Below, piece by piece: positions 31,000 through 40,258 of a DNA stretch of 64,000 nt. The notes beneath the pieces were generated by a model. It had not been told where the DNA came from. It saw only the letters and a list, made by a program, of their open reading frames with translations, and ran no database searches. Origin of the DNA: Herbidospora yilanensis (GTDB taxonomy: Bacteria; Actinomycetota; Actinomycetes; Streptosporangiales; Streptosporangiaceae); contig NZ_BBXE01000013.1 of NCBI RefSeq assembly GCF_001570565.1, positions 264,984-328,983 on the forward strand, read 5' to 3'. A program made the translations under genes and the position numbers. Numbering within the stretch: the first letter of the stretch is position 1; every line of letters starts with the position of its first letter.

Positions 31000-33005
31000 T
31001 TCTCGACCGGGGTGATCGCCGGGCCGCCGCCGTTCTTCATGAGGGTGGCGAGGAACGCCGACACGGTCATGTCACGGACGGCGCCCGAGTCGACCCCGGA
31101 CACGATCTTGGCGAGGTCGGCGCTGAGACTGGCGTCGCCGTTCAGGTAGGGGTCGGCGAGGGTGCGGGCCACCTCGGAGTTGTCGACGAAGCCGTCGATG
31201 CTCTTGCCCATGGTCACCGCGCCGACGAGCTTGTCGAAGAAGACGCTGTCGCCGCCGACGATGTCGATGTTGGCCTTCGACAGACCGGCCGACAGGACCT
31301 CGGCCTGCGCCTCGGCGACCCTGCGGTGCACCTCGACCCCGGCCAGGCGGATCTCCTTCTCGGCCTCCAGCCGCAGGCGGTACTCCTCGTGGACGCGGCT
31401 CGCGTCGGACATCGCGGCCAGCGCGGCGGCCTTCTCGGTGAGACCCTCGGCCTCGGCCTTCAGCTTCTCGCCGACCATCATCGCGGCGGCCACGGCCTTG
31501 GCCTGCTCGCCGTCGGCCTCGGCCTTCAGCCGCTCGCGGGTGCCCTCGGCCGACGCCATGGCCTTCTCGCGTTCGACGATCGCCTCGGCCTTGCCGACCT
31601 TCTCGATCGCGGCGGCCGTGCGCTCCTTGACCTGCACCTCGGCCAGGCCCGTCGCGGCGGCCTCGGCCTGCACGCCCTCGGCGAGGCGGATCTTGGCGCG
31701 GGCGTCGAGCTCGGCGGCCTGCTGGCGCGACTCGGCCAGCACCAGCGCCTCACGCGCCCTGAACTTCGACGCGGCCTCGGCGGCCTCGGCGGCCTTGATG
31801 TCCTTGACCAGGTTCTCCTGCGCCTCGGCCTCGGCGGCGATGATGACCGACTGGCGGGTGCGCTCGGCCTCCTCGACGACGCGCAGGCGCTTGATCTGCT
31901 CCTCCTGCTCGGCCACCGTCTTCTCGACCGCGATGCGCTCGCGCATGACCTCGGCGATCGAGCGCTTCTCGACCTCCAGTTCCTTCTCCTTGGCGATGCG
32001 CGACAACTCGGTCTCCCGCTCCCGGGCGATGACCTCCAGCAGGCGGTCCTTCTCGATGCGCTCGCTCTCGATGGCGATCACGCGCTCGCGGTTCTTCTCG
32101 GCGACGGCGACCTCGCGGGCCTTGTTCTCGCTCTGGACGCCGATCTGCTCGTCGGTCTTGATCGCGGCGGCCTGGGCCTTGAGGCGCTCCTCGGCGCGGA
32201 CCCGGGAGATCTCCGCCTCCTCGCGGGCCCGCATGGTCTCGACCTCGCGCTTCTGCTTGATCTCGGCGTCGGCCTGGCGGCGCTCCAGTTCGAGGATGGC
32301 CTCCCGGGCGTCGACGTTCTGCCGGGTGATCTCCTTCTCCTCGTTGCGCTGGAACTCGTTGGTCCGCACGTGCTCGATCGCGGTCAGCTCGGTGATCTTC
32401 CGGATGCCCTGGGCGTCGAGGATGTTGGCCGGGTCGAGCTTGGACAGCGGCGTCTGCTCCAGGTAGTCGATGGCCGCGTCCTCCAGCGAGTAGCCGTTGA
32501 GGTCGGTGCCGATGACGCGGATGATCTGGTCGCGGAACTCGTCGCGCTGGGTGTAGAGGTCGACGAAGTCGAGTTGCTTGCCGACGGTCTTGAGCGCCTC
32601 GGAGAACTTGGCGTTGAACAGGGCCTGGAGGGTCGACTCGTCGCTGGCCCGGGCGGTGCCGATGGCCTGGGCGACCTTCACGACGTCCTCGGCGGTCTTG
32701 TTCACCCGCACGAAGAAGGTGATCTTGATGTCGGCGCGGATGTTGTCACGGCAGATCAGGCCCTCGTGGCCGGACCGCTCGATCTCGATGGTCTTCACCG
32801 AGATGTCCATGAACTCGGCCTTGTGCAGCACCGGTAAGACCACGGCGCCGGTGAAGGTGACGTCGACCCGGCGCACCTTCGACACGATCAGGGCCTTGCC
32901 CTGCTCGACCTTGCGGAACAACCGGCTGACCACGATCACCAGTGCGATGACGACGATCAGGACGACCGCGATGAGTATGCCGGCTCCCGCCGAGATGACG
33001 TCCAT
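30996..33005 (-). CDS. Flotillin/SPFH-domain membrane protein (YqiK-like)
   Basis: N-terminal TM ISAGAGILIAVVLIVVIALVIVVSRLFRKVEQGKALIV, SPFH domain, long Glu/Ala/Arg coiled coil. Confidence 0.93.
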   Translation of the reverse strand: MDVISAGAGILIAVVLIVVIALVIVVSRLFRKVEQGKALIVSKVRRVDVTFTGAVVLPVLHKAEFMDISVKTIEIERSGHEGLICRDNIRADIKITFFVRVNKTAEDVVKVAQAIGTARASDESTLQALFNAKFSEALKTVGKQLDFVDLYTQRDEFRDQIIRVIGTDLNGYSLEDAAIDYLEQTPLSKLDPANILDAQGIRKITELTAIEHVRTNEFQRNEEKEITRQNVDAREAILELERRQADAEIKQKREVETMRAREEAEISRVRAEERLKAQAAAIKTDEQIGVQSENKAREVAVAEKNRERVIAIESERIEKDRLLEVIARERETELSRIAKEKELEVEKRSIAEVMRERIAVEKTVAEQEEQIKRLRVVEEAERTRQSVIIAAEAEAQENLVKDIKAAEAAEAASKFRAREALVLAESRQQAAELDARAKIRLAEGVQAEAAATGLAEVQVKERTAAAIEKVGKAEAIVEREKAMASAEGTRERLKAEADGEQAKAVAAAMMVGEKLKAEAEGLTEKAAALAAMSDASRVHEEYRLRLEAEKEIRLAGVEVHRRVAEAQAEVLSAGLSKANIDIVGGDSVFFDKLVGAVTMGKSIDGFVDNSEVARTLADPYLNGDASLSADLAKIVSGVDSGAVRDMTVSAFLATLMKNGGGPAITPVEK

Positions 33006-33007
33006 GA

Positions 33008-33517
33008 CTACAGGCCCCCTTCGTAAGGCATGACCCAGAAGAACTCGCCTTCCGCGTCATATTGGAAGATCAGCGCGGCCCCGCCCGCGCGGAAGACGTC
33101 GACGCCGGTCTGGCGCACCTGGATGACCGAGGTCGAGCCGTCGACGGCGCGGATCTCGGCCTGACCGAAGTCGGTGGAGACCGACTGGGTTCTGATGACG
33201 CAGATCTGCCCGACGAAGTCGTGCCGTGAGGGCACCTTCTCGGGCGCGGGCGTGAGGCGGCGTACCAGGAACGCGGCCCCGAGGCCCAGGACGAGCGCGG
33301 CGGCCAGGACCACCCAGCCGAGCGCCGGAAACAGCACGGATCCGGCCAGCGCGGCGAACCACCCCGTGGCCACGAACCCGGAGACCTCGGCCGCGGGCAG
33401 ACCGTCGAGGTCGACCACGCCGAAGGCCACGAGCAGCCAGAACCCGATGACGACGATCAGCGCGAAGCTGAACAGGACAGCCGGGAAGCCTAATGCGGCG
33501 TCCACGAAATCGCGCAA
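33008..33517 (-). CDS. OB-fold membrane protein (YqiJ/NfeD-like)
   Basis: Two TM hairpins then HDFVGQICVIRTQSVSTDFGQAEIRAVDGSTSVIQVRQTG...LIFQYDAEGEFFWVMPY; 2-nt gap to flotillin. Confidence 0.82.
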   Translation of the reverse strand: MRDFVDAALGFPAVLFSFALIVVIGFWLLVAFGVVDLDGLPAAEVSGFVATGWFAALAGSVLFPALGWVVLAAALVLGLGAAFLVRRLTPAPEKVPSRHDFVGQICVIRTQSVSTDFGQAEIRAVDGSTSVIQVRQTGVDVFRAGGAALIFQYDAEGEFFWVMPYEGGL

Positions 33518-33601
33518 CTTCTATCCCCTTTACGGCATTTGCGCCGTCCCCTCTTGCAAACGTGGAATCTATCAGCGCGGTTCCGCAGGGAATAGGGTTA
33601 T

Positions 33602-34216
33602 TTATGCCGTACGCCCCCGCCGCGCGACGGCCCAAACCCCCAGCGCCGCCAGCGCGGCGATCTCCGTGAACACCAGCCCGCGCTCGACCGCCCCGAGCCC
33701 GACCGGCATGGCCCGCCACCAGGGGATCCCGTCGCGGGCGGCGGTGTAGCCGACCAGCACGATCCCGGCGATCCACCCGACGGCCCCGAACCCGAGCGCC
33801 GCCGCCACCTTCGCCATCGTGTCGCGCCACGGCCGGGCCAGCAGCAGCACGGCGACCGGCAGGCAGACGAAGGCCACCACGCTGCCGACGCGGTGCACCG
33901 AGCCGGAGAACGACGGCCCGACGGACCAGTCGTGCTTGGGGAAGGTCGCCACGACCAGCAGCCCGAGGCTCCACCCGGCCAGGGCGACCAGGCCCAGCGG
34001 CCGGGCCCGGCGCTGCGCGGCGAGGGTCGCCCCGATGCCGAGCGACCCCAGCGCGATCAGCGCCACCGAGACGCCGAACAACCAGGCGTGCTCGCCCAGT
34101 TGGTGTTCGCTGATCGTCCGGCGGGCCAGGTCGATGCCCGAGGAGAACTCCAGGGTCAGGATGGCGGCCGCGGCCACGGTGATGGCACCGAGACCGGCCT
34201 GGGCGGGAACGCGCAT
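33602..34216 (-). CDS. DUF998 family integral membrane protein
   Basis: ISEHQLGEHAWLFGVSV...ATFPKHDWSVGPSFSGSVHRVGSVVAFV... Confidence 0.8.
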   Translation of the reverse strand: MRVPAQAGLGAITVAAAAILTLEFSSGIDLARRTISEHQLGEHAWLFGVSVALIALGSLGIGATLAAQRRARPLGLVALAGWSLGLLVVATFPKHDWSVGPSFSGSVHRVGSVVAFVCLPVAVLLLARPWRDTMAKVAAALGFGAVGWIAGIVLVGYTAARDGIPWWRAMPVGLGAVERGLVFTEIAALAALGVWAVARRGRTA

Positions 34217-34234
34217 GCTCTCTAAAATGCCACC

Positions 34235-34678
34235 ATGCTCGTGGTGCAGCGGGTGCTGACTCGCTGGTCCAAGGCCGGTCGCGGTGCGGCCGCGGCCACG
34301 CTGCGGGGGTCGCTGCCGGATCGGGTGCCGCTGCCGGCCTGCACGGGAGACGCCGTCTTCCACGACGTGGTGCTCTCACCGCGCGCCGAGACGCTCCGGG
34401 AGCTGACCCTGCCCGCGACGGTGGCCGGCCTGCGCATCCGGCCCGGCGGCCGGGTGTCCCGGGCCCCCGTGCTCGCCTCCCATCCACGCGACCGGCGTCC
34501 GGTCGACCTGTTCACCCTGGCCCCCGGCCAGCGGGCGCGTTACCGGGCCAACTTCCGCTTCAGCGGATACGGCCTGGAGTGGCACTACGAACAGTGGACG
34601 GTCACACTGGCCCACGACGTCGGCCTGGAAGGCGCGTTCGACCACGAGGTCGACGACCGGGTCAGGCTCTATCCCTGA
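34235..34678 (+). CDS. Hypothetical protein, 147 aa
   Basis: ORF in otherwise empty strand interval, convergent with peroxiredoxin. Confidence 0.5.
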   Translation: MLVVQRVLTRWSKAGRGAAAATLRGSLPDRVPLPACTGDAVFHDVVLSPRAETLRELTLPATVAGLRIRPGGRVSRAPVLASHPRDRRPVDLFTLAPGQRARYRANFRFSGYGLEWHYEQWTVTLAHDVGLEGAFDHEVDDRVRLYP

Positions 34679-35120
34679 GGGTCTTCAGGGCGCGGTCGGC
34701 GTGGTCGGTCATCATGACCTCGTTGTGGATGACGTCGAGGACGCGGAAGTCGGTGCCGATGACGAAGGTGATCCGCCGGGTGACGAACGGCCCCACGGCG
34801 ACCGAACGGCGCACCCCCATCTGCTTGGCCACCAGACCGTCCTCGTCGGACAGCAGCGGGTAGTCGAGCCGGTTGGCCTCGGCGAACATCTTCTGCCGTT
34901 TCACCTTGTCCTTGCTGATCCCGACGCGGACCGCTCCAGCGGATTTGAATTCGGCGGCCAGGTCACGGAAGTGACAGGTCTCGGCGGTGCACCCGGAGGT
35001 CATCGCCGCCGGATAGAAGAAGAGCACCACGGGCCCTTCCTTGAGGAACTCGCTCAGGCGACGGGTCTCCCCGTTCTCGTCCGGAAGCGCGAAGTCCGCG
35101 ACGAGTTCACCGATATTCAT
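34662..35120 (-). CDS. Peroxiredoxin (AhpC/TSA, BCP-like)
   Basis: VADFALPDENGETRRLSEFLKEGPVVLFFYPAAMTSGCTAETCHFRD... Confidence 0.92.
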   Translation of the reverse strand: MNIGELVADFALPDENGETRRLSEFLKEGPVVLFFYPAAMTSGCTAETCHFRDLAAEFKSAGAVRVGISKDKVKRQKMFAEANRLDYPLLSDEDGLVAKQMGVRRSVAVGPFVTRRITFVIGTDFRVLDVIHNEVMMTDHADRALKTLRDRA

Positions 35121-35734
35121 GCCTCACTTTCTACCAGTGCGGGGTGTCGGGAATCATCCGCCCGAACCACCACATCCGCCCAATCCTGCGGCCGGACCTC
35201 CTCGGCGTACCGCTCGAAGGCGGGCAGGGTCCATTTCTCCTCGGTACGCCGCTCCAACGCCTTCTTCGACAGGCTCAGGTGGACGGAGAAGTCGATCGGC
35301 AACCCCTGCCCGAGGAGCAGCGGCCCGTCGAGGACGACGACGGCGTTCTCCGGGAGGACCTGGTAGGGCGCGCGGGTGGCCCGGTCTCTGACCGGGTCCC
35401 ACAACGAGGGGACGACCCGGCCGGTGCCGCCCGGTTCGAGCGGCTGGAGGACCTCCCGCGTCAGGCCCTTCACGTCGAGCCAGCCGTCGTAGTAGGAGTC
35501 GGGGTCCTGCCTGCCGAACTCGTAGCGGAGCGACGCGGCTCTGAGGAAGTCGCGGGCCGACACCCTGAGGACGTGCCGGTGGACCCTCAGCCGCGCCGCG
35601 ATCCGGTCGGCCAGCTCCCCCGGCCGGGCCGCGTCGGCACCGTCGACGGCCACTCGCACCCACCCGGGCCGTTCGGAGATCGTCTCGGCCAGTTCCGTGA
35701 CGAGCCCCTCGACGGAGACCGGTCGTACACCCAT
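35117..35734 (-). CDS. Uridine kinase-like P-loop protein
   Basis: WVRVAVDGADAARPGELADRIAARL...RYEFGRQDPDSYYDGWLDVKGL...VVVLDGPLLLG; degenerate P-loop. Confidence 0.75.
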   Translation of the reverse strand: MGVRPVSVEGLVTELAETISERPGWVRVAVDGADAARPGELADRIAARLRVHRHVLRVSARDFLRAASLRYEFGRQDPDSYYDGWLDVKGLTREVLQPLEPGGTGRVVPSLWDPVRDRATRAPYQVLPENAVVVLDGPLLLGQGLPIDFSVHLSLSKKALERRTEEKWTLPAFERYAEEVRPQDWADVVVRADDSRHPALVESEA

Positions 35735-35789
35735 CAGGCCATCATGCCCCGGTGGGGAAGTCTGCTGACAATATGGGGGCAGTACCCCC

Positions 35790-38102
35790 ATGTATGGGGG
35801 GAACCTCCCCCCAATACTGCTGGACGTGAGCGATTCGGCCGACCTTCCGCAGTTCCCCGGTGTCCTGGACACCGTGCGCGCCTGGCTCTCCTCCGCCGAT
35901 CCCCGGCCCCTCGTGCTGACCGGGCCGCCCGGCAGCGGCACCGCGGCGTTGCTGGCCCGGCTCGGCGAGCACCTCGCCGGAGAGCCGTCCGTCGTCGTCC
36001 GCGACGACCTCTGCGACGACCCCGCCCGGTTGCCGGCGCGGCCGGGTCTCCGCGTGATCACCCGGGCCCGCCGCCGGCACGACGGGCTGCTCTCCCTTCC
36101 GGTGCGGCCCCTGCGCGGCCACGGCCCCGACAGCGAGGTGGTCCGGTACTTCCTGCGGTGCCTGCGCCGCCACGACCCGACCGCCGTCGTCGCGGCCGAG
36201 GACCTGTCCCAGGTGAGCGAGGTCTGCGCGGCCTCGTTCGGGCTGTCCGCCGACGTCGACCTGCTGGCCGGGCTGGTCGCCCGCTACGGCCTGGCGGCCG
36301 TGCGCGACGCGGTCGCCGAGGACCACCAGCGCACCCGGCTGGCCGGGCTGCTCGGCGACGCCCACGGCCACCACGACCTGAGCGGCGACGAGATGGTCGT
36401 GCTGGCCTCGATCCTGGCGCTGCCGGGCGGGGCGAGCGAGAACGTGCTGCGCCACTCGTTGCCGCGGTGCGACATCGGCGGGCTGACCGCCTCCCTGGTC
36501 GAGCGCGGCCTGGTGGTGCGCGCCGAGCCCCGGCGCTGGCACCTGCGGGTGAGCGGCTTCCCGGCGGCGAGCTGGTGCGCCGCGCGGCCGGAGGTGTCGC
36601 TCGACGCGATCCGCCAGGCGCAGGCCGACTACCTGTCGGGCCAGGTCGCGCGGCTGGCCGCGGGTGTCTTCACCGACCACCAGCGGGCCGTGTTCGCCGA
36701 GTTCGACCACGAGCGGCGCAACCTCAACGCCGCCGTCGCCGAACTCGTCGGCGGCGGCCGGTACGCCCAGGCCGTCGCCCTCATGCGGGACGCCCTGCCG
36801 TTGCTGGCCCGCACCTCCGGCGTGGCCGGGCTGCTGCCGCACCTGCTGCCGGTCATCCGCAGGTACGCGCCCGCGACCCCGGCCGAACGGCACACGTTGT
36901 CGCGGCTGGCCGTGCGGGTGTTCGCGGCCGGAGGGGAACAGGAGGCCGCCGCCGTCTGCTTCGACGCGCTGCCGGAGACCGACCCGGACGTGCCGCTGCT
37001 GGCGGCCCTCGTGCACGCCGTGCCCGACCCGGAGGAGCTGGCCGCCTGCGTGCGGACCGCCCGCGAACAGGGCGACGCGGTCCGGCTGGGCGAGTCGGTC
37101 GGCGAGTACGTCGCCTGCCTGGCCCGGCTGCGCCGGTTCGACCGCGCCGACGCCGAATGCCGTACCGCCCTGTTCGAGGCGATGTGCGGCGGGGACGACC
37201 ACGCCGCGGCCTCGTTGCTGCTCTGGCGCGCGGCCGCCGCCACCGCCCTGGCCACCGGCGACAGCCGCCTGTACGTCGAACGGGCCCTCGCCAAGCTGCT
37301 GCCCCTCGGCCCGGCGGCGGCCATGTCGGCCATCGCCGCCGTGGTCGACGGACGCCACCAGCGCGACCTCCAGCAGAGCGCCGTCGACCTGGCGATGGTC
37401 GCCGGGTCGCTCGGCCGGGCCTGCGCGGCCGAGACGGAGCGTCCGGTCGAGGTCGGCGGGCTGCTGACCGGGCGCATCGGCGTCCGGCCGCTGCGCCGCT
37501 GGGTGACGGCGGGAGAGGGGGTCGACCTCGCCGACCTGCTGTGCGAGATCCTCCAGCGCAGGTTCGGCGACGACCCGGCCGCCCCCCGGCCGGTGCCGCA
37601 GGGCTCCGTCGACCCGAGGGTGCTGCGGGAACGGTCGCGGCTGACCGCCCGCGAGTCGGAGGTCGCCGGGCTGGTCGCGACCGGCCTGACGAACAAGCAG
37701 ATCGCCCGCCGGTTGCGCATCTCCGAGTGGACGGTGGTCAACCACCTGCGCCAGGTGATGCGCAAGCTCGACTGCGCCTCCCGGGTCCAGGTCGCCCGCT
37801 GGGTGCACGATCTGGAGGCCGGGTCAGCCCGTCTCGAACCGGCCGACGGCGACGGTGTGCAGCAGGGCCGGGTCGACCAGCGAGGCGAAGTCGGCCGTGA
37901 CGAGGTCGGCGTCCAGCGCGGCCAGCAGCCCGAGGTGCCGGTCGACGTACTCCGGGGGGTCGATGCCGCACGAGAGGAGTTCCGCGTACTGCTGGGTCAC
38001 GGCCAGGGTGGACTCGTACAGTTCGGGCGCGGCGGCGAGCATGCGGTCCCTGACCCGCGTGACCAGCCCCCCGTCGACGTCACCCTCGCGGAGCTGCGTT
38101 AA
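35790..38102 (+). CDS. LuxR-family transcriptional regulator with N-terminal ATPase domain
   Basis: P-loop VLTGPPGSGTAALLARL; C-terminal LTARESEVAGLVATGLTNKQIARRLRISEWTVVNHLRQVMRKL; last ~90 codons run antisense through the M16 gene. Confidence 0.85.
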   Translation: MYGGNLPPILLDVSDSADLPQFPGVLDTVRAWLSSADPRPLVLTGPPGSGTAALLARLGEHLAGEPSVVVRDDLCDDPARLPARPGLRVITRARRRHDGLLSLPVRPLRGHGPDSEVVRYFLRCLRRHDPTAVVAAEDLSQVSEVCAASFGLSADVDLLAGLVARYGLAAVRDAVAEDHQRTRLAGLLGDAHGHHDLSGDEMVVLASILALPGGASENVLRHSLPRCDIGGLTASLVERGLVVRAEPRRWHLRVSGFPAASWCAARPEVSLDAIRQAQADYLSGQVARLAAGVFTDHQRAVFAEFDHERRNLNAAVAELVGGGRYAQAVALMRDALPLLARTSGVAGLLPHLLPVIRRYAPATPAERHTLSRLAVRVFAAGGEQEAAAVCFDALPETDPDVPLLAALVHAVPDPEELAACVRTAREQGDAVRLGESVGEYVACLARLRRFDRADAECRTALFEAMCGGDDHAAASLLLWRAAAATALATGDSRLYVERALAKLLPLGPAAAMSAIAAVVDGRHQRDLQQSAVDLAMVAGSLGRACAAETERPVEVGGLLTGRIGVRPLRRWVTAGEGVDLADLLCEILQRRFGDDPAAPRPVPQGSVDPRVLRERSRLTARESEVAGLVATGLTNKQIARRLRISEWTVVNHLRQVMRKLDCASRVQVARWVHDLEAGSARLEPADGDGVQQGRVDQRGEVGRDEVGVQRGQQPEVPVDVLRGVDAAREEFRVLLGHGQGGLVQFGRGGEHAVPDPRDQPPVDVTLAELR

Positions 38103-39089
38103 CACCCGGGTGATCGCCTCGGCGGCGGCGGGGGCGCGGCCGGCGTCCACGAAGCCGCTGACGATGAACACCCCGCCGGAGAAGAACGGCATGAACCGGG
38201 CCTCGATGCCGTAGCTGGCCCCCATCCGGCCGCGCAGTTCGCGGTTGAGCAGGGAGTCGGGGCCGCCGCCGAGCAGTTCGCCCGCGACCCGGGCCGACGG
38301 CCAGCGCGGGTCGAGCCGGTCGACCGCGAAGCCGCCCAGCACGAGCCGGGTCTGGGGGCCGCCCCGGCCCGGCCGGTGCGTGCGGCCGGGCGTGTCCGCC
38401 GGGAGCGGCGGGACGTCGGCGAGGGGCAGGTCGTCCCCGGCGGGCACGCCGGCGAACGCCTTCGCGGCGGCGTCGGCGGCGCCGGTCCCGGCCAGGTCGC
38501 CGGCCACGACCAGGGTCATCCGGGCGGCGCCGGGCACGACGGCGGCGACGTCGTCCAGGGTCAGCGTGCGCCAGACCGCCTCGGTGCCGCCGAGCGGGCG
38601 GCCGTACCGGGAGCCGGGGGCCAGCACCGACTCGTGCACGAGTTTGTTGCCGAGCGCGATCGGGTCGTCGGACTCCATGGCCCGTTCGGCCACGACCTGG
38701 CGGCGCAGCGCCTCGAACGAGCGGGCCGTCGGCGTGAAGGGGTGCACCATCGCGGCCATCGCCTCGAACAACCGGGGCAGTTCGGCGGCCGGGCAGTCGC
38801 CCATGACGATCGGGCCCCGGTGCCCGCACCGCGTGGTGACCATCCCGCCCGCCAGGGCGAGGTCGCCGACGGTCCCGTCGCGGTGGTGCGGCGCGTCGGC
38901 GTTGAGCAGCGCCGCGTACGCCGCCACCACCCCCTCGGTCTCCGGGCGTTCGACCGCCGTGGTCGGCAGCAGGATCGACAGGGCGGCGGTGGCGACGTGC
39001 CGTCCGGGCATGTCGGCGAGCAGCACCCGCAGGCCGTTGTCCAGCGTGAACGTCTCCGGCTGCGGGAAACGCCAGGTCACAGGATCCAT
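37824..39089 (-). CDS. M16 peptidase-like subunit lacking HxxEH (inactive partner)
   Basis: M16 fold-like sequence (FTLDNGLRVLLADMPGRHVATAALSIL..., GELLGGGPDSLLNRELRGRMGASYGI) with no HxxEH zinc motif. Confidence 0.85.
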   Translation of the reverse strand: MDPVTWRFPQPETFTLDNGLRVLLADMPGRHVATAALSILLPTTAVERPETEGVVAAYAALLNADAPHHRDGTVGDLALAGGMVTTRCGHRGPIVMGDCPAAELPRLFEAMAAMVHPFTPTARSFEALRRQVVAERAMESDDPIALGNKLVHESVLAPGSRYGRPLGGTEAVWRTLTLDDVAAVVPGAARMTLVVAGDLAGTGAADAAAKAFAGVPAGDDLPLADVPPLPADTPGRTHRPGRGGPQTRLVLGGFAVDRLDPRWPSARVAGELLGGGPDSLLNRELRGRMGASYGIEARFMPFFSGGVFIVSGFVDAGRAPAAAEAITRVLTQLREGDVDGGLVTRVRDRMLAAAPELYESTLAVTQQYAELLSCGIDPPEYVDRHLGLLAALDADLVTADFASLVDPALLHTVAVGRFETG

Positions 39090-40258
39090 GAGGGTTCTCC
39101 GGCGGCGTGGAAGGCGACGACCGACGGCCGTGCCATCGGCCCGGCGGCCAGCGCGGCCACCTCGGCGTTGGTGACCCGGCGGACGGCGTCGAGCCGCGTG
39201 GTGACCCCGGCGGCGTCGCCCGACCAGGCGTGTTCCCGGCACAACTCCTCGGCGAGTGTGCGGGCGGCCCCGAGGGCCCCGAGTTGTTCCCTGATGCGCA
39301 GGGCCTTGGCGGCGGCCAGCACGTCGGGCGGCAGCCCGTCGCGGGCCACGGCGGCCAGACGGGCGGCGACGTCCCGTTCGAGCGCGGCCAGGTCGGCCGA
39401 GGCCGGGACCGACAGCTTGACCAGGCCGATCGACGGGCCGAGCGCGCACCGGGCGTGCTGGCCGAGCGCGCCGAGCAGGCCGGGCCGCGAGCCGAGCACC
39501 GACCAGGGGGCGCTGGCCAGCGCCGCCATCACCACCTCGGCGGCGGCCGATCCCGGCGGCAGGGCGAAGGTCAGCCGCACCATGGACGTCGGCTGGCCCT
39601 CCTCGACGTCCTCCCGCGCGCCCAGCGGCTCCCCGGTGACCGGCGGCGGGGCCGGCCGGCCCGAGGGAAACCCGGCCAGGTGGTTCCCGGCGATCTCCAC
39701 GGCCGCGTCGGGGTCGGCCGCGCCGACGACCGACACGACCAGCCGGTCGGCGCCGTAGTGGGCCTCCACGAACGTGGCCACGTCGTCGGGCGTCACGGCG
39801 GCGACCTCGGCGGGGTCGCCGACCGGCGGGCGGCCCGCCGGGTGGTCGCGCCCGAATAACAACCGCAGGCCGCGCCGCAGCCCCGACCCGAACCGGCCGG
39901 GTTCGTCGCGTTCGCGGATCTCCTCCAGCACGATCCGGCGGTGTCCCGCCAGCACGTCCCCGGTCACGCCGCGCCGGCCGCGCCGCACCCGGTCGCCGGC
40001 CTCGGCCAGCATCGCCGGGAGGGTGACCGCCGGGCCGGTCGCCACGTAGTTCGTGGACTCGTAGCCGGTGGTGGCCTGCGCCGAGCCGTTCTCGGACATG
40101 ACGTGCTCGACCACGTGAGCCAGGCCCGACCTGCCGATGGGGTCGTGCAGGGAGCCCGCGCCGTGCCAGGCGTTGACCGCGACGAAGCCGAGCCCCGGGT
40201 CGGGCCGCACGACCAGGGTCGCGCCGCCCGGCAGCCGGCGGGTGACCAGCCCGTCCAT
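39077..40258 (-). CDS. M16 peptidase, catalytic subunit
   Basis: RLPGGATLVVRPDPGLGFVAVNAWHGAGSLHDPIGRSGLAHVVEHVM: HxxEH present (HVVEH). Confidence 0.9.
   Translation of the reverse strand: MDGLVTRRLPGGATLVVRPDPGLGFVAVNAWHGAGSLHDPIGRSGLAHVVEHVMSENGSAQATTGYESTNYVATGPAVTLPAMLAEAGDRVRRGRRGVTGDVLAGHRRIVLEEIRERDEPGRFGSGLRRGLRLLFGRDHPAGRPPVGDPAEVAAVTPDDVATFVEAHYGADRLVVSVVGAADPDAAVEIAGNHLAGFPSGRPAPPPVTGEPLGAREDVEEGQPTSMVRLTFALPPGSAAAEVVMAALASAPWSVLGSRPGLLGALGQHARCALGPSIGLVKLSVPASADLAALERDVAARLAAVARDGLPPDVLAAAKALRIREQLGALGAARTLAEELCREHAWSGDAAGVTTRLDAVRRVTNAEVAALAAGPMARPSVVAFHAAGEPSWIL

Noticed and set aside
28369-31149. 926-aa forward ORF from the track
   Set aside because: Shadow frame antisense to the AAA ATPase gene, which has Walker motifs and coherent protein sequence; forward product is low-complexity Arg/Gly/Val/Leu/Glu sequence.
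35117-36061. Full 314-aa version of the kinase-like ORF
   Set aside because: N-terminal extension overlaps the divergent LuxR gene; an ATG at 35734 gives a protein of normal composition.
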